From positions 3,278,880 through 3,342,879 of the forward strand of contig NW_003314261.1 in assembly GCF_000143415.4 (NCBI RefSeq): a stretch of DNA of 64,000 nt, read 5' to 3'. The position numbers and the translations under genes are program-made. Shown here piece by piece: positions 23,907 through 38,137 of this stretch (within the stretch, counting starts at the first letter, position 1; the number at the start of each line of letters is the position of its first letter). This stretch comes from Selaginella moellendorffii (taxonomy: Eukaryota; Plantae; Lycopodiophyta). The notes beneath the pieces were generated by a model. That model was not told the origin of the DNA and did no database searches. It saw only the letters and a list, made by a program, of their open reading frames with translations.

Positions 23907-26299
23907 AGCTAAAACTTATGGCTATAGACAAAACCACTTTATACGCACAAGACTGTTATTATATTTTTTGAAAGGGAGAAGATGCTTAACATACTTAAGT
24001 GTCATGCTAGGCTAGGTGGCAAAATTTGGGAACCTTTGGATATGATTAATGGGAGAATGCAAAAGTTATTATTGCTTATGTAAATAGTAAAATAAATCAA
24101 ATTTCTGTTTATTTATTTTAGAGTTTATGAAACTTCAACATAACAAAGGTTTTGACTAATTATAATTCTCTAAAATTTTAACGATAAATCTTGAACATAT
24201 AAATCGCAATTTCTTGTAAAATTAAACATACTATTTTTTAAACCTTGTCCTTAATGATAAATAATAGAAAATAATTTTTTATTATTCATAAATTATTAAA
24301 CATCACCACAATATAATCTACATTTCTGTATATTAATCCTTATTTTTATCAATTTTATGAAAGTCTACATAAATTCTTATAAAATATTTTTATATCATTT
24401 AATTTTTTGCTTCACATTTAACAATGATAACCAAAAATATAGTTGCATTTTTCTATAAATATTATAATATTTTACAATCTTTAACTTTCATCTAAATAAA
24501 TTCATAACACTATCAAATCCTCATATTCAATAAATGATGTCAAACACATTATACTCAATTACTTCAGTTATAGGTTCACTTATATGGAAATAAAACAAAT
24601 ATTTTAGTCACACTTAAATTAAATAATTTAGTTATTTTATAAATTTAAATTTAAAATTTAAAATATTTAGTTGTATAATCTTAATAAATTATAATAAGTT
24701 CCTTTTATTTTACTAAAAATGCTTACACACCATTTTTGTCAATAAAATACCTTCTTTATTTTTATTGCTATTAAATTGTTGAAGGCTTGCAAGAATGATG
24801 TCATATTTATATCTATAATTTAAATCAATATTTATAATATAAATAAAATATATACATGTTTATATTTATTTTGTATCATTTAAGTATAGTATTAATGATA
24901 TTGTTGGATAGTATATCATAACAATATAAAATTTATATTTATATATAATTTAATTTTACTTATTGCAACCTTCATATGAAAATTATATCATACTCTACAT
25001 ATGACAAATGAATTTGATAATGGTCTATACTTGAATTTTAATTTAAATCTCATAGCCATGAAACAGGAGAGGGAGGTGATCATCAAAGACTTGCACCATC
25101 TCAAATACTATTTAGTATGGGACTCGTCACAGCTAGCTTGTGTCTCGTTTGGGAGTGTTAACGAGCTTAAGGCTTAAACATTTGAACTATAAATTTTGAG
25201 ATGGAAAAGTAATTTTTATAAATTTTTCCTCTATAATTTATTTAATGTTTGATTATTGAAAATTTAATGTTAAAATAAATTAAATTAATAAAAAAAAACC
25301 TTTTCATTATTTTTAAAGTTCATAAGCTTTAAAATAGAAATTAAGTGATAAGATCCAATAAAATAGTTATGTATGACCCAATAATATTAAATTTATTTAT
25401 GGATAATTTCATAAATTATGGTAGATCATTTTTATTGCCACTATAAGTGCATAATGTGCATATTAATTAGCTCAAAAATCCTAGCTTATATATAAGAGTG
25501 AGTGGTTCAAATTGAAATCAGGAAGGATGGAAAGTAATCAGGGTTCTTTGGTGAATGAGTTGAGATCTAAAGGAACATCAAGAAAAGGCACTAGTGGATC
25601 TATAGGTAATGCTACTTATTCATTATCTCTATGCCAAACTTCATAAATTTGTGGTCCAACTTGCCGCAACACTTGATATGGTCTTTTCCATTAAGCAAGG
25701 AGCCCCTTAGATAAACTATATACTATAAGATTGGGAAAATGGACTAATATTAATTTGTTCACTTTTTACTTTGCAGATAAATGATGGTGGAGTTGTATCA
25801 TTGTTATTGTCCCACTTGTATATGGTTCAATAGACTTTACTTGGACAAATGGAAGAATGTTTATTAAATATTAATCCTAAGACATAGCATTGCCAGCTCG
25901 TGATAATTGTGAAGGTAAACTTAACTCTGTCATCATTATAAAATCATGATCATATAAGAGTTTATTTAGTGAAGCACCAATGGAACTCTATACCCTTGTG
26001 ACATACAGATAGTAAAGAGATGATAAATAACTATCCAATCCAAATGTTGAAAGTTCACATACTTCATGATTATCCCTTTGAAGATCTGAACAAACCGTTT
26101 CACCAAGCTATCTATTTATGGATGATAAGCATTTATGAAAGTGTAGTATATCCTTAACCAAAACATCAAAATATAAAATGCCTCAGCCATAATTGTAGAA
26201 CCATTATCTGAAAAAATTCACTTTAAATAAAAATATTAGAACACCACTTGATTAAAGAGGAAATACCTAACAACAATTGTTGATGCATTAGAAATAGCA

Positions 26300-27703
26300 C
26301 CAACTTTCACCTAATAAGTCAAATAGTTGGAAGCAATAATGATGTACTTATTGCCTACAATTAACCGTAGAAAAAATCCCATCAAATCAAATGCCACCAA
26401 CTCAAATAAATAGAAAATTATAATTGACTCTAACCATCCTTCATCAATACAAAGGGGAGTATTACACATATATCAGATAATATCATATTGTATCTTTGGC
26501 CAATATAAAGACCTATGCAACTTTTTAATCACATGATAATATCCTATATGCTTACATAGAATAAGAGAATCATGGTAAATATAAAGAGAGCATAGAATAA
26601 ATATTGAAGGCACCACTAACCATAAATGATCATCAAAATCAATCCCAAAAAAAATAAAAAATGTCATCCTCAAAGTGATATTGAAAATGTAAATGCCAAA
26701 ATGGCAAGTTATCAATAAGTGAGGTAGAATTCTTAACCTTTTACAAAGCTTTTAGATCTATGGCTTAACCTTTTGAGCTTCACAAACCTTGTCAACAGAA
26801 GTTAAATGTTACTCTACACCTTATGAACGTTAAACATCAAGTATAACAACCGTTGATGGTACGAAATCCTTGTCTAGAAAATACACAAATACTAAAATAA
26901 TAAACTTGTCAAGAATAGAAAAGAAAGCAAAGAATGGAAAAGCACTCGAGAAACGGCATTAACATTAGCCATAAAACTCATTAGGCAATAAACAACTTCA
27001 AAATTATACATTTGAAGCCTTAGAGCCCACTAAGTAGTATGACCAACCAAGTTCTTCCTCTTCAATAATAAAATAATTGCAACATGATCACCTTCTAGCA
27101 ATGTCTAAAAACTATACAAATATGCATAAAATTTCTTGAAACCCCAAACTATTGCTAAACATTTATTCTTTGTTGTAGAGTAGTTCACTTTTGCTAGTTA
27201 TAATGTATAGCTGATGTACATAATAAGATGATATTGATCAAGAACACTCATACTGTCTTGCATTAATATATCCAAAGTATCCATACGCAAAATGAAAGGT
27301 TGAGTGTTATCAAGATATGTCAAAACTAAACAAGTTGTCAACAACTTTTTGAGATTAATAAATGCCTATTCACAATCTTTAGACCAGATGAAAGATAATA
27401 TTAATGACTTCAACAATGCTCGCAATAGTGTAGTGCAATCCAAAAGATGATCAACAAAACAACTGAATATTGCATCTTGCCCAAGAAGCATTGCATATCA
27501 TTCACACACTTTGGAATAAGTAACTTTAGAACAACCATAAATTTGTCAAGATCAACTTTCAAACCTTTATGAGAAATACAATACGCAATATAAATCATGT
27601 CCTTAAACCCAAATACATAGTTTGACTACTTTAGTTTTAAACTAACTTCCTACAATTGATTCAACACCTTCCAAACATCACAGATGTATTCCTCCCACAT
27701 CCA
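26300..27703 (-). mobile_element. Ancient, AT-rich Ty3/Gypsy pol remnant (RT-RNaseH-integrase fragments)
   Basis: ISHKGLKVDLDK...PKCVNDMQCFLG (RT/RH junction) and KKLHRSLYWPKIQYDI (integrase zinc-binding region), with many stops; boundaries approximate. Confidence 0.65.
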
Positions 27704-30700
27704 TGTGAGACACAAATCTTAGAGCCCCAAAGGTGGAGCCAAAAGAGTGCCACATGGTAGTGGCCGAAGCAGAAGCCAAATGAACATAACATGTTTGGAC
27801 TAAAACTTCGACTTGAAAAGTTGAGAGTGGGAGTGGAATTCCCAATGAAGGGCTCGAGGAATGGGCTCAAAGCGAGCAATAAGTGAGTCTTTAGAAAAAG
27901 GGACACAAGAGGACCAACACATGACATATGGAAGTGTTGAAATGGACCCGAGATGGAATCCGAGATGGAGTCCGAGATGGACCCGAGATGGACCTGAGAT
28001 GGACCGGAGATGGAGTTCGAGATGGAGTCCAAGATGGAGTTTGAGATGGAGACCGAAATGGACCCAAGATGGAGTATGAGATGGACCCGAGATCGAGATC
28101 GAGTCCAAGTTCGAGACTGAGGCTGAGTCTAAGTCCGAGTTCAAGTCTAAATTCGAATACTAATACAGACTGTTGGGAGAAAGCCCAAAGCAAACAATGA
28201 TGGAGGTGTGGAAGCACCAACAATGAGTTATAGGACTTGGCAATTATGAGGCAACTAAGCAAAAAGTTGCAAAATAATTGATGAAACTGGTAGAAGGTAA
28301 CTACCTAAAACTTCTTATTGGGATAAAGAAGTTAGACATACCCTTATAGGGAATGAATTGCTTATGTTGTGATATAGTAAGTCAATGTCGTAAAGGGAAT
28401 ACTCATTGTCAAAGATGCTATCGATGGGACACCCAAACACTCTAGAACACCCAGAGATGGTATTTGGTGTTGTGAGGGCAATAGATAAGGCCCAAAGGAC
28501 TAAGTTCTTAACAAATGATGGATAGAAAGTGCTATCCAAACACCCAAGGTTGCAAAGACAAGAAAAGTCCGTTTACCTGAACTGTAGCGCATCTTATCTC
28601 TCTCCCCTTAAGCCAATTGGAAAAGGGGCAATTGCTTGATGAGAGAGCCCTTAGTGGCTATTTTATCCCCATTTATCTCCCAAATGACAGTATATCCAAA
28701 TCTCATCCCATGATCCAAGGATCCACGGTGACAGTATATCCAAATCTCATCCCATGATCACATGCGCTACACTCACCCCCCCTTTAGAGATGTCAATGTC
28801 CTCATTGACTATTGACTAACAACCCCTACTGAGCCAAGGGGAACCAGCACCTCCATTTCCGCACTCAATCTACCAATCCTTCCATTGTGTAGACTAGCTA
28901 TTCCATGTGAGGCAACTAGTCATCCACCCGTACCGCAGTCCCACGGTGGATACCTTCGTCCGTGGATACTCCACACAAGAGGAAGGACGTACGCATGGAT
29001 GCCCAATACGTACGATTTCAAATTTAGGGATAGGAATATACCTTGCTCAAGGGTATATTATACTTTTAAGTAGCCACTAATCAATGGGAATCGAACCCGT
29101 GCCATTTGCTCCGATACCAACTGTAGCACACCTTATCTCTCTCCCCTTAAGCCAATTGGAAAAGGGGCAATTGCTTGATGAGAGAGCCCTTAGTGGCTAT
29201 TTTATCCCCATTTATCTCCCAAGGTTCCAAGGATCCACGGTGACAGTATATCCAAATCTCATCCCATGATCACATCCGTTACACTGAATTAGACAAAGCA
29301 AAAAATGGAATTTTGGCAAGGCTAGTGACGAGCATATAAAAGCCCATATGTAGCAACATTAATCCTGGTGTGTGGGATTATAAGGTGAACATTCCTGGAT
29401 TGAGGAACCACTCCCTAGGCTATTGGGTAGCTTCATCCCCAAGAATACTTGTTAAGGTATGGTAGAAAGTGAAAAGCTATTCTCTTAGTTTGGAGGTGAA
29501 TAACTGAAGGAAATGTATAAAGCCAAAAGCAAATAGTAAGGGGATAGAACTAAACCATAGGAATTGAAAAGCATAACCAAGGGTGGTTATGTTAGTTGGA
29601 AGTGAAGAATCAAGTGGGTGCTCAAGTATGTTATTACTAGTAACCATGGTGCCATGAAGAGTCTAAAGCATGGAATTGTCCATGCTAAACCATATGGCAA
29701 TTAGAAAGCTTACGAAAGGAAAGGCCTTAGCAAGCTAAAGGATAGAGTTCCTTCAAAGTTCCCAAAGGCAATTCTAAGTAGCATAGTACCTAGAAAAACA
29801 AGTGTAAATGGTTCATAGAACGTGCAAAATTAGAGTGGTGCAGCAAAAGCGTGGTCTTAAAGCTTGCCATAAGGCAATGCTATCAAGGTTGGGGAAGTAA
29901 TTCCCAAGTGTTTAAAGGGATGACTTAGAACGAAAGTCGATGGTCAAGGACTTTCACGCTTATGCATGAAACCATGTTATATTGGTCAAATGATTTGAGC
30001 GAGAGTGGCAAGTTAGGGGAACGAATCCCCTAGTTGAAGGTGCTAACTTCAAAAGGGGTGGCCTATGGGGCCAAGCATGGAGGAGTCCATACATGATCAT
30101 AGACTTGTCAAGTGAGAGGACTTGGCAATTTGGAGGGACTAAGTTCCTAAGTTATGATCTATAGTGCATTTTGGATATAAATTGGTGCACTAGCGTGGGG
30201 AGTCACGTCAGGCATCTAGGGTGATGCCGTCCGTAGATATATATATGGAGGTTGAGTTCGAGTCCCAACCCTCTAGTGCTTGGGTTCAAATCCCAAATCA
30301 CTAGGGCGTGGTGATGGTTTGGAATATGAGGACACTCATTTTTCGGTGGTCATGGACTCTCAGTGAGGAGACTGGTTTGGGCACACCGCCAAGTGAAGGA
30401 TGCCTTGAAGTCGTGATGCACAGTTAGATTGCTTAGTGTGGCTCGGCATATCTAACTTGAACACTTGGTGCAAGTGGCACTAAGGACATGGTGAATGAGA
30501 TGGGGACACCCAGTCTCAATTGCTATAGACCCTTAGCCAGAAGGGCTGGCTTGGGTGCACCGCCAAGTGTGGGGGATGCCCCCGGGGTTATGGTGAACAA
30601 CTTAAAAATCTAGAAGACCTAATACCTATTGGCAAACCTGTTAAGGTGCCAAGGTGTGATCACTAAAACAAGGACAAGGTCCTTGTGAGGTTAAGGGATA

Positions 30701-32400
30701 AAGTTCCTAGTTCAAAGTGTTCGTTTGAACTATTGATAATGGTGTGGAATGGTCAAGGTGACCAAGTGGGAAGAACACCTAAGGGAAATCATTTGTGACT
30801 ATGCGATGGCATAGTGAGTCTGAAGAAGGTAGTTTTTATAAGAGACTTAGGGGAGGGTCACAAAGTTGGGCCAGAGATAGAGCCCACAGTAGAAAATCCT
30901 AAAGAGACGTACTAGGGGTGAACACCCTCTGGACTTGGCAAAACAAAGTCTTTGCTATGGAACTGAAATGATACTTCGAGAATGGAGGTAGTGATCCGAT
31001 ATTGCTAGGTGCAACAATCAAGGATAGGAGCAAAAGACTAGTGGCTAAAAAAAGAGCCATGAGAATCATGGGAAAGAATCCAAAACGCAAAGTTAGGCCA
31101 AGAACACTAATGTGTTAGGTGCTAATGACTTGTGGGAAAAGCAATGTGTTTCCAAGGATGGATCCCCAATTGCTCCGATTTGGCGAAAATGGTAGCTCTA
31201 AAGCAAGGAGTAGTAAAGTAGCCAAATGATAGGGATGTGGCAGCCCTAGCACGAATTAGGATAACTAGAACTTAGTGCCAAAGGTCACACAAAATGGGAA
31301 AGAGGATGATGGTGCCCTCAAATAGAAAACTTCCAAAGATGGGGAAGTGGAGTTGCACAATATGTGCAATGCAAGGTGTCAGAGACACTTAAGAAATTGA
31401 CTCTGACAAGTCAAATTTAAAAGTTCCAGAGTGCAAGTTTATATCAATGGGAATTGAGGCTACTCAGGAATGAGTAGTGGAATTGAGTTAGAGAGGGTGT
31501 TTCTAACGGGTTTAGCGAGAACTAAACTAATAAAAGTGAGCAAACCACCACAGATGGTTGAGGGAGTCTCTATGTTGGAGAGACTATGCTCCTTAGAGGA
31601 TGGACAAGGAATGGTGAGCCTTCGGTGTCAAACCATAAACAAATATTGGCTGGGTGCCAAGGATGGAAGTGGTAATACATGCATGTGTTACTTTATAAAG
31701 GGGTTTACCGTTCGATGAGGACATCGAACTTCGTCTATAGGTGGTGGAGTTGTGAGATAAAAATCCCTAAGCCCCAAAGTGGAGCTGAAAGGGTGCCATG
31801 TGGTAGTGGCTGAAGCAAATGCCAAACAAGCGTAACATGTTTGGACTAAAAGCTCCGACTTGAAAGGTCGAGAGCGAGAGTGGAACTCCCAATGAAATGC
31901 TCAAGGAACAAGCACAAAGCGAGCAATAAATGAGTTCGAGATGGACCGAGATGGAGTCCGAGATGGAGTCCAAGATGGACTTGAGATGGAGTCCGAGATG
32001 GACCCGAGATGGACTTGAGATGGACCCGAAATGGAGTCCAAGATGGAGTCCGAGATGGACCGAGATGGTGTCTGAAATGGAGTCTGAGCTGGACCCGAGA
32101 TGGAATCCGAGATGGAGTGCGAGAAGGACCCGAGGTGGAGTCTGAAGTCGAGATCGAGAATGAGACCGAGACCAAGACCGGGACTGAGACCGAGACCGAG
32201 GCCGAGGCTGAGACCAAGCCCAAGCCCGAGTCCAAGTTCGAGTTCGAGTCTAAGTCTAAGTCCGAGTTTGAGTCTGAGAGGGTGAAAGCCCAAAGCGTTC
32301 GTCTCTCAGACCCTGGGGGGTTTGGTGATCTCCAAAAATATAGTAGGGGGAGGACTCTAGTGGAGCCAATTTGGCCAGGAAAGGCTAGTTTGGCCCACTA
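27704..32400 (+). mobile_element. Degenerate Gypsy element, family B (LTR with GAGATGGA subrepeats)
   Basis: LTR starts TGTGAG at 27704 and again at 31751 after PPT-like GGTGGTGGAGT; both match the reverse complement of the LTR ending at 52699; 30230-30600 resembles the 3'UTR of the intact element. Confidence 0.7.
28583..29283 (-). mobile_element. TRIM-like non-autonomous LTR element (~700 bp)
   Basis: TG..CA repeats at 28583-28771 (internal duplication) and 29122-29283; PBS TGGTATCGGAGC at 29119-29108; PPT at 28786-28772; ~350 bp non-coding interior; flanks CTGAAC / CTGAAT. Confidence 0.85.
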
Positions 32401-35400
32401 GTTTGGCTAGTTTCACTGCAATTGAAGCATATGTTATATCCCATGTTACTAGCAAACTTAACCTTCTTATCCGTGGGTTTGTTCCTTTTCGCTTAACTCC
32501 CCTACGTACTTGCTCACTGGCCATCGGATCTGCCTTTCAGAAACCTTACAGACTCATTCTTAGAGAAATTCTTCTTAAATTTCCCTTTGCCATATGTCCC
32601 TTTTGGTTGGCCTTTTTGCTAAATGTGAACACTGACCTTGTTGTGTTACCCTTTTGTAGGTTATCATTGAAATGCACCTTAATACCTGCATCCAATGCTT
32701 CTTTGTAGTTGGTCGGGTTCCAACGCATCACCTCGCCTCAAGCCCAGGTCTGCAAGCCTAATATAAAGGCATGGAATGCATCTATATCGCCCATGTCCAT
32801 GACAATGATTCTCTTTGCCATAAACACATTCACATACTCTTGGATGGTTCCCACCTGCTTTAGTTTGCTTAGCTTATCCTTTAGGTGTAAAGTAGCATTC
32901 AGCAGAACATAGGTTGCACAGATCGTCACTCTCATCATTTCCCAAGTGGCCACTAGTCCTTCGTTAGCCTCTATTATTTTCCACCAAGACTTAACATTAT
33001 CTGCCAAGTATGGTTTTGCATATGGGACCTTCTCTAAGCTTGATAACTGCAACTCTTGGAAGTAATCCTTCATATTGTAAAACCAATCCTCCACCACCTT
33101 ATAGTCGTTCACTCCCTTTAAGATTGGTGGGGGCTTTTGTTTGTACTTGGGAACTAAGGGATTGATTCCACTTCAGTTTATTCGACCTTGTTTGGTTCTA
33201 CCTCAGTCCCCACCACAGGTTCCATGCCTTCCACTACCAGCCTTTGCATTCTTTGGCTTTTTCTTTCGCTTCTCGTCACACTTTAGTTTGTGTATGAGGG
33301 TTTTCAATAGGGTATTGGTCTGTGCCAATTGTTCTTTTAGAATATCCAATCAAGCTTTATATGACCAAACCTCTCCACCAGACTCTTGTTTGGAAGATTC
33401 CTCACTGGAGTCCTCCTCATGCAAGGATTCTTCATCTATAGGTTCTTGTTCGACCAGAGGCTCCAGCTCCAAAAGAGGTTCTGTCTTTACTTTGGCTCTT
33501 TTACGCCCTGCCTTTGCCATCTCCCAGCAATTTGCCTCTATCCTTCGCTAGAACTGAGGAAAAGGCTCCAATACCAAATTGTAAGCCATAAATTTTTTCT
33601 TTTCAATTTGCTAGCTTACCTTATCTATCCAACCACCACAGCCTTAGCCTTAGTTATGTTCCCTTGCCAATGTTCCCACCTATTGTATTAACTCCTACTT
33701 GGTCCTACTTGGTTTCAACTACTCACTACATGAGCAATAGAGTGTTAGCCATCCATCCACGAATTCCCAAATCTTTCTCAATCCCCCTCCCCGGGTTAGA
33801 CTAGACTTAAGGTTCGAATACACTCCCCACAGGCACAAGTAGCCAAGCACACCAAGACACCAGGTTCTTAACATCCCTTGGTACAACAAGACTTGATCAT
33901 GGGACTCTCTAAATCCTGAGCCTTAGGTGCAACACTTGCTCTAGGACGTGGGGGGAAACACTGTGACATAATGGCCCAGTATGGGTACCCCTACTCCCCC
34001 ACTTCCATCTCGAAGGGATGCCCCAAGCCCCTAAGAAGGGCGAGGATCAATGAGCCACAAGGTACTCAAGTGGGGCACCACTCCACATGAGCAAGGAGCA
34101 CTATAGTCGGTTTCCCTTTCAAGTGTGGGAGCTATTCTTGAGCACTTCCTTGGGTGGCCTTTCTAGCACCACCCAAGTCCATGCTCACTCCCACCCAAGG
34201 CCCCTTAACCCCAATCTTAACCTCAAGTTAGTTTGAAAACACTACTGGAGAGTTCTTCCAAGATTGGTTCCTGAACCTCACTATCCCTACTATACTTTTG
34301 GAACCCCCCTCCCCCCACTTGGGAGACACATACTTTGGGCTTTCAACCCTCAACCTGTATTAGTACTTAAGCTCGATCTTAGACTCGACCTCTATAGCGC
34401 ACGTGGTTTTTACCCTTTATCCTATGGTGATTTACCATAGGATAACACCATGAAGTGGAACCTAAACCCTCTTTGTGCCACATGTTACATGCCACGTGTC
34501 TAAAGGACAGTGGTGCAGAACCCGAGTTTCAGAGCCTTGGGCCAGTGAACGAAGGAACGGTGCCAAACTCCCAATCTTGGAGCCAAGGAGTGACGAAACC
34601 GAACCACAGAGCAACTCCCAAGCATATAGCCCAAGGAGCAAAGGGACAGGAGCCTGGAGCGACTTGGAACAGTCCTGGAGCAACCAGCATCCTAATGCTA
34701 GGACCAGCACGCAAAACGGAGCCAAACAGAATTTGGCACTATTTCGGCATACCGGTGGCTTAACGTGAGGATATGGGTACTCCACTTGCTAGCATGGAAT
34801 GGAACTTGGGCTTAGACCCAAGCCTGACGTAGAACAAGGATAGGCTCGCAAGCGGGAGCTAGACTATGCCTAAAGTTGGTCGTCCATGCCCGACCTACCC
34901 ACTATCCCTATTATACATTTGGAACCCCCCTCCCCCCCCCCCCCCCCCCCTTTGAGGAACACACACTTTGGGCTTTCACCCCAAGCCTCCCTTAGTACCA
35001 GGAGTTAGTCTTTGGGACAAGCTCAAAACTTCCTAAATATGGACTGGTGTTAGAATGCGAATTTGGACACGAGATGAACACCATTGTGTTCAGGCCCATT
35101 TCTACATTCCGCAGATATGCCAAATGAGCAAATCTAGACACTTTCCATAAATAGCATTTGGGACTGAAATAAGACCAACACAAAAGGCATGATAGCGAGG
35201 GTGTTTGGCAGACAAGGTAAGCTATCATCCAGCGATATTGAGGGACCAATCTCAATACGCGAGGGTTTTTGTCAAGCCAGTGCAAGACAGAGCAAAAAAG
35301 AACTAACAAGCCGGGCCGAGTATGCTCAGCTAAATAAACACTTAGGAATTCCTTCCTTATGCTTATCCGGCTAAGTACAGATACTAAGCCCAGTTTACTA

Positions 35401-36577
35401 ACACTTGAACAAGAGGGGCCAATAAAGGGAACTAGCAATACCAACCTCCTGTGGCAGTAAGGAAAGAGTGTCCGTAAGGACTGGCCGACAGGTAACTTTC
35501 GATACCCGAAGTCACATTCGCGACAGTCTCCCCCTCCTTGGGAAGATTGACGTCCTTGTCGATGCATACTCGAGTCTAGAATACCGCCAAGGAAACAACT
35601 CCAGAAAAAGTTCACGGTACTCACACTATGTGAGAAATGCATCGACTTAAATGAGTTAGGAGGCAACCTCTTTGTCTAACGCAGATGCACTACCCACTCA
35701 GACACCTTCCGGCCATCACTGACAAGGAAATGACTAATGGAGTCAACCACCCTTGCTGCGCTAGGAGTCACCCAACTTACAAAAGTGTGATACGCCCCTA
35801 CCCGCAGGTGGCATAGAGAGAGAAGCCAGAGGCCCCAACCCTCCTGAGCAAAGAAACCAAACTTGTCGGTAAGGTTTAGATAGACTACTGTCAACATGCA
35901 GTTAGAGTTGTTTACATGGTCACGCCCTTTAAATTTAATAAGGAACATCGACAAAGAGGCGGGTTATGTGACTAGTTGACAGTAGCTACCCCATGACTAG
36001 AGATTTCACCATGCACACGAAGTGCCAAAGCTAGTCTACCTATACTGGCCCAAACTTAAAGATCAATATATGGACTATATCAAAGTCATAAAAAATGATA
36101 TCTTAGAAATTTAATTATTAGTGAATAAAGTGTAGATTAGAACACAAAAGTATTCCAAGTAAGTTATCATTAGATAAATTAGTATTATAGTATAGAAACT
36201 ACCAAGATCACTATAGTTGGTAAATATAAGATTCACCATTCTACAAAATTCAATAGCTAATATATCATCAAGGAAACGCAATGATAAAACTTAACTACCG
36301 AAGGTTGTAGATAGTATGCCAAATAATTTACGAAAGATAACTCAAAGAACACTAAGTATCATTGACTGGTAAGCAAAATGCTCGCGAATGTATTACCCGA
36401 AAGAAATAACATCCTAATCTATCAGAACTAACTTGAGCAACAACCAACAGAACATAATGAATGTGGTAAGACCAACAAACACTTAGTCATGCCAACCATT
36501 GCACCAGCCAATCTGAAAAAATCCCAGTCAACAATACTAAAGAACTCAAGTTGCCTTAGCAAGCATTAGCAACATCG

Positions 36578-37734
36578 TGTAAGCCACAAATTTTTCCTTT
36601 CCACTTTGCCAGCTTACCTCGCCTATCCGTCCAACACTGCCTTGGCTTTTGCTAAGTTCCCTCGCCAAGGTTCTCACCTATGGTACCAGCTCCTACTTGG
36701 TTTCAGCTACTCACTGCACGAGCAACGGAGTGTTAGCCATCCTTCCATGGATTCCCAAATCACTCCCAATCCCCCTCCCTGGGTTAGACTGGACTTAAGG
36801 TTTGGCTACACTCCCCACAAGCACAAGCAGCCAAGCACACCAAGCTTCCAGGTTCCTAACATCCCTTGGTACCACAAGACTTGATCATGGGACCCTCTAA
36901 ATCCCAAGTCTTGAGTGCAACACTTGCTTCGGGATGCCGGGGCGAAACACCGTGGCCTAGCGGCCCGGTATGGGTACCTCTCGCCCCCCACTTCCATCCC
37001 GAAGGAAGGCCCAAGCCCCTAGGAAGGGCGAGGACCAATGAGCCGCATGGTACTCAAGTGGGGCACCACTCCACATGAGCCGGGAGCACCGCAATCGGTT
37101 TCCCTTTCGGGAGTGGGAGCTGCTCTTGAGCACTTCCTTGGATGGCCCCTCCGGCACCAGCCAAGTCTATGCTCACTCCCACCCAAGGCCCCTCGGTCCC
37201 AGTCCCAACCTCAAGTCGGTTTGGAAGCCCAACTAGAGAGTCCCTTCAAAACTGGTTCCTGGACCTCACTATCCCTACTATACTTTTGGAACCCCCTGCA
37301 GCCCCCCCCCCCCCCCCCCCCTGGGAGACGCACGCTTTGGGCTTTCACCCCTTGACCCGTATTAGTATTTGGACTTAGTCTCTGGCTCGATCTCGGACCC
37401 GATTTCGGATCCGACTTCGGATTCGGGTTCTGACTCGATCACGGACTCGATCTCGGACCCGATCTCGGACCCGACCTCAGACTCGACCTCGGACTCGGTC
37501 TTGGACCCGATTTCGGATCTCGGACTCCGTCTCGAACTCGGTCTCGAACTCGGACTCGAACTCGGTCCCCGAGTCGGTCTCGGACTCTATTCCGGACTCT
37601 ATCTCGAACTCGGTCCTAGAGTCGGTCTTGGACTCGATCCTCGACTTGGTCCCATCCGATGAACTCTTTGTCATTTCGGTCAAGCTTTTGGGGATCCTTT
37701 AGCCTACGACATCTCGGGGAGTCGGTTCCTTACA
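36578..37734 (-). repeat. 3' LTR of the intact element (1157 bp)
   Basis: About 16 substitutions and 2 indels (including a C20 versus C10 run) against 42970-44115 by manual comparison; CG-rich hexamer array at ~37380-37650. Confidence 0.95.
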
Positions 37735-38137
37735 ACACCACCACCCATAGAAGAAGTTCGAGGCCCACATCGAACGTCTCGTTTTATCCTACGACTTGTT
37801 GTCCATGTCTCCGGGGGCATCCCCCCACTTAGCGGTGTGCCTAAGTTAGCCTCCCCGGCCAAGAGCCCATGACAACGGAATATAGGTGTCCCTATACTCC
37901 TCACCTCACCACGCCCTAGTATAGGGTTGGAACTTGAACCCAGCCTTGCTTTACTAGGGGGTTGGGACTCGAACCCAACCTCCGTAGAATACGTCTACAG
38001 ATTCGACATCCCCGCAGGGAGTCGGGCGTAGTGCCCTACGCCTGGTCGACCTATCCAACCCATGCTAATTAGCTTACCTTTGGCGCGCCTTCGGGTCCCA
38101 ACATATGCCACTTGCTCAACTTTGCAAATTGATATTT

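Noticed and set aside
25600-26250. Faint RecQ-helicase-like fragments (e.g. CIIVIVPLV)
   Set aside because: Too degenerate to support without a search.
31846-32401. Low-complexity ORFs (SDSISG, RWSPRW, LGLGL) here and at 27.7, 37.4, 43.8 and 52.2 kb; CRISPR-like appearance
   Set aside because: Translations of LTR hexamer subrepeats; no repeat-spacer structure.
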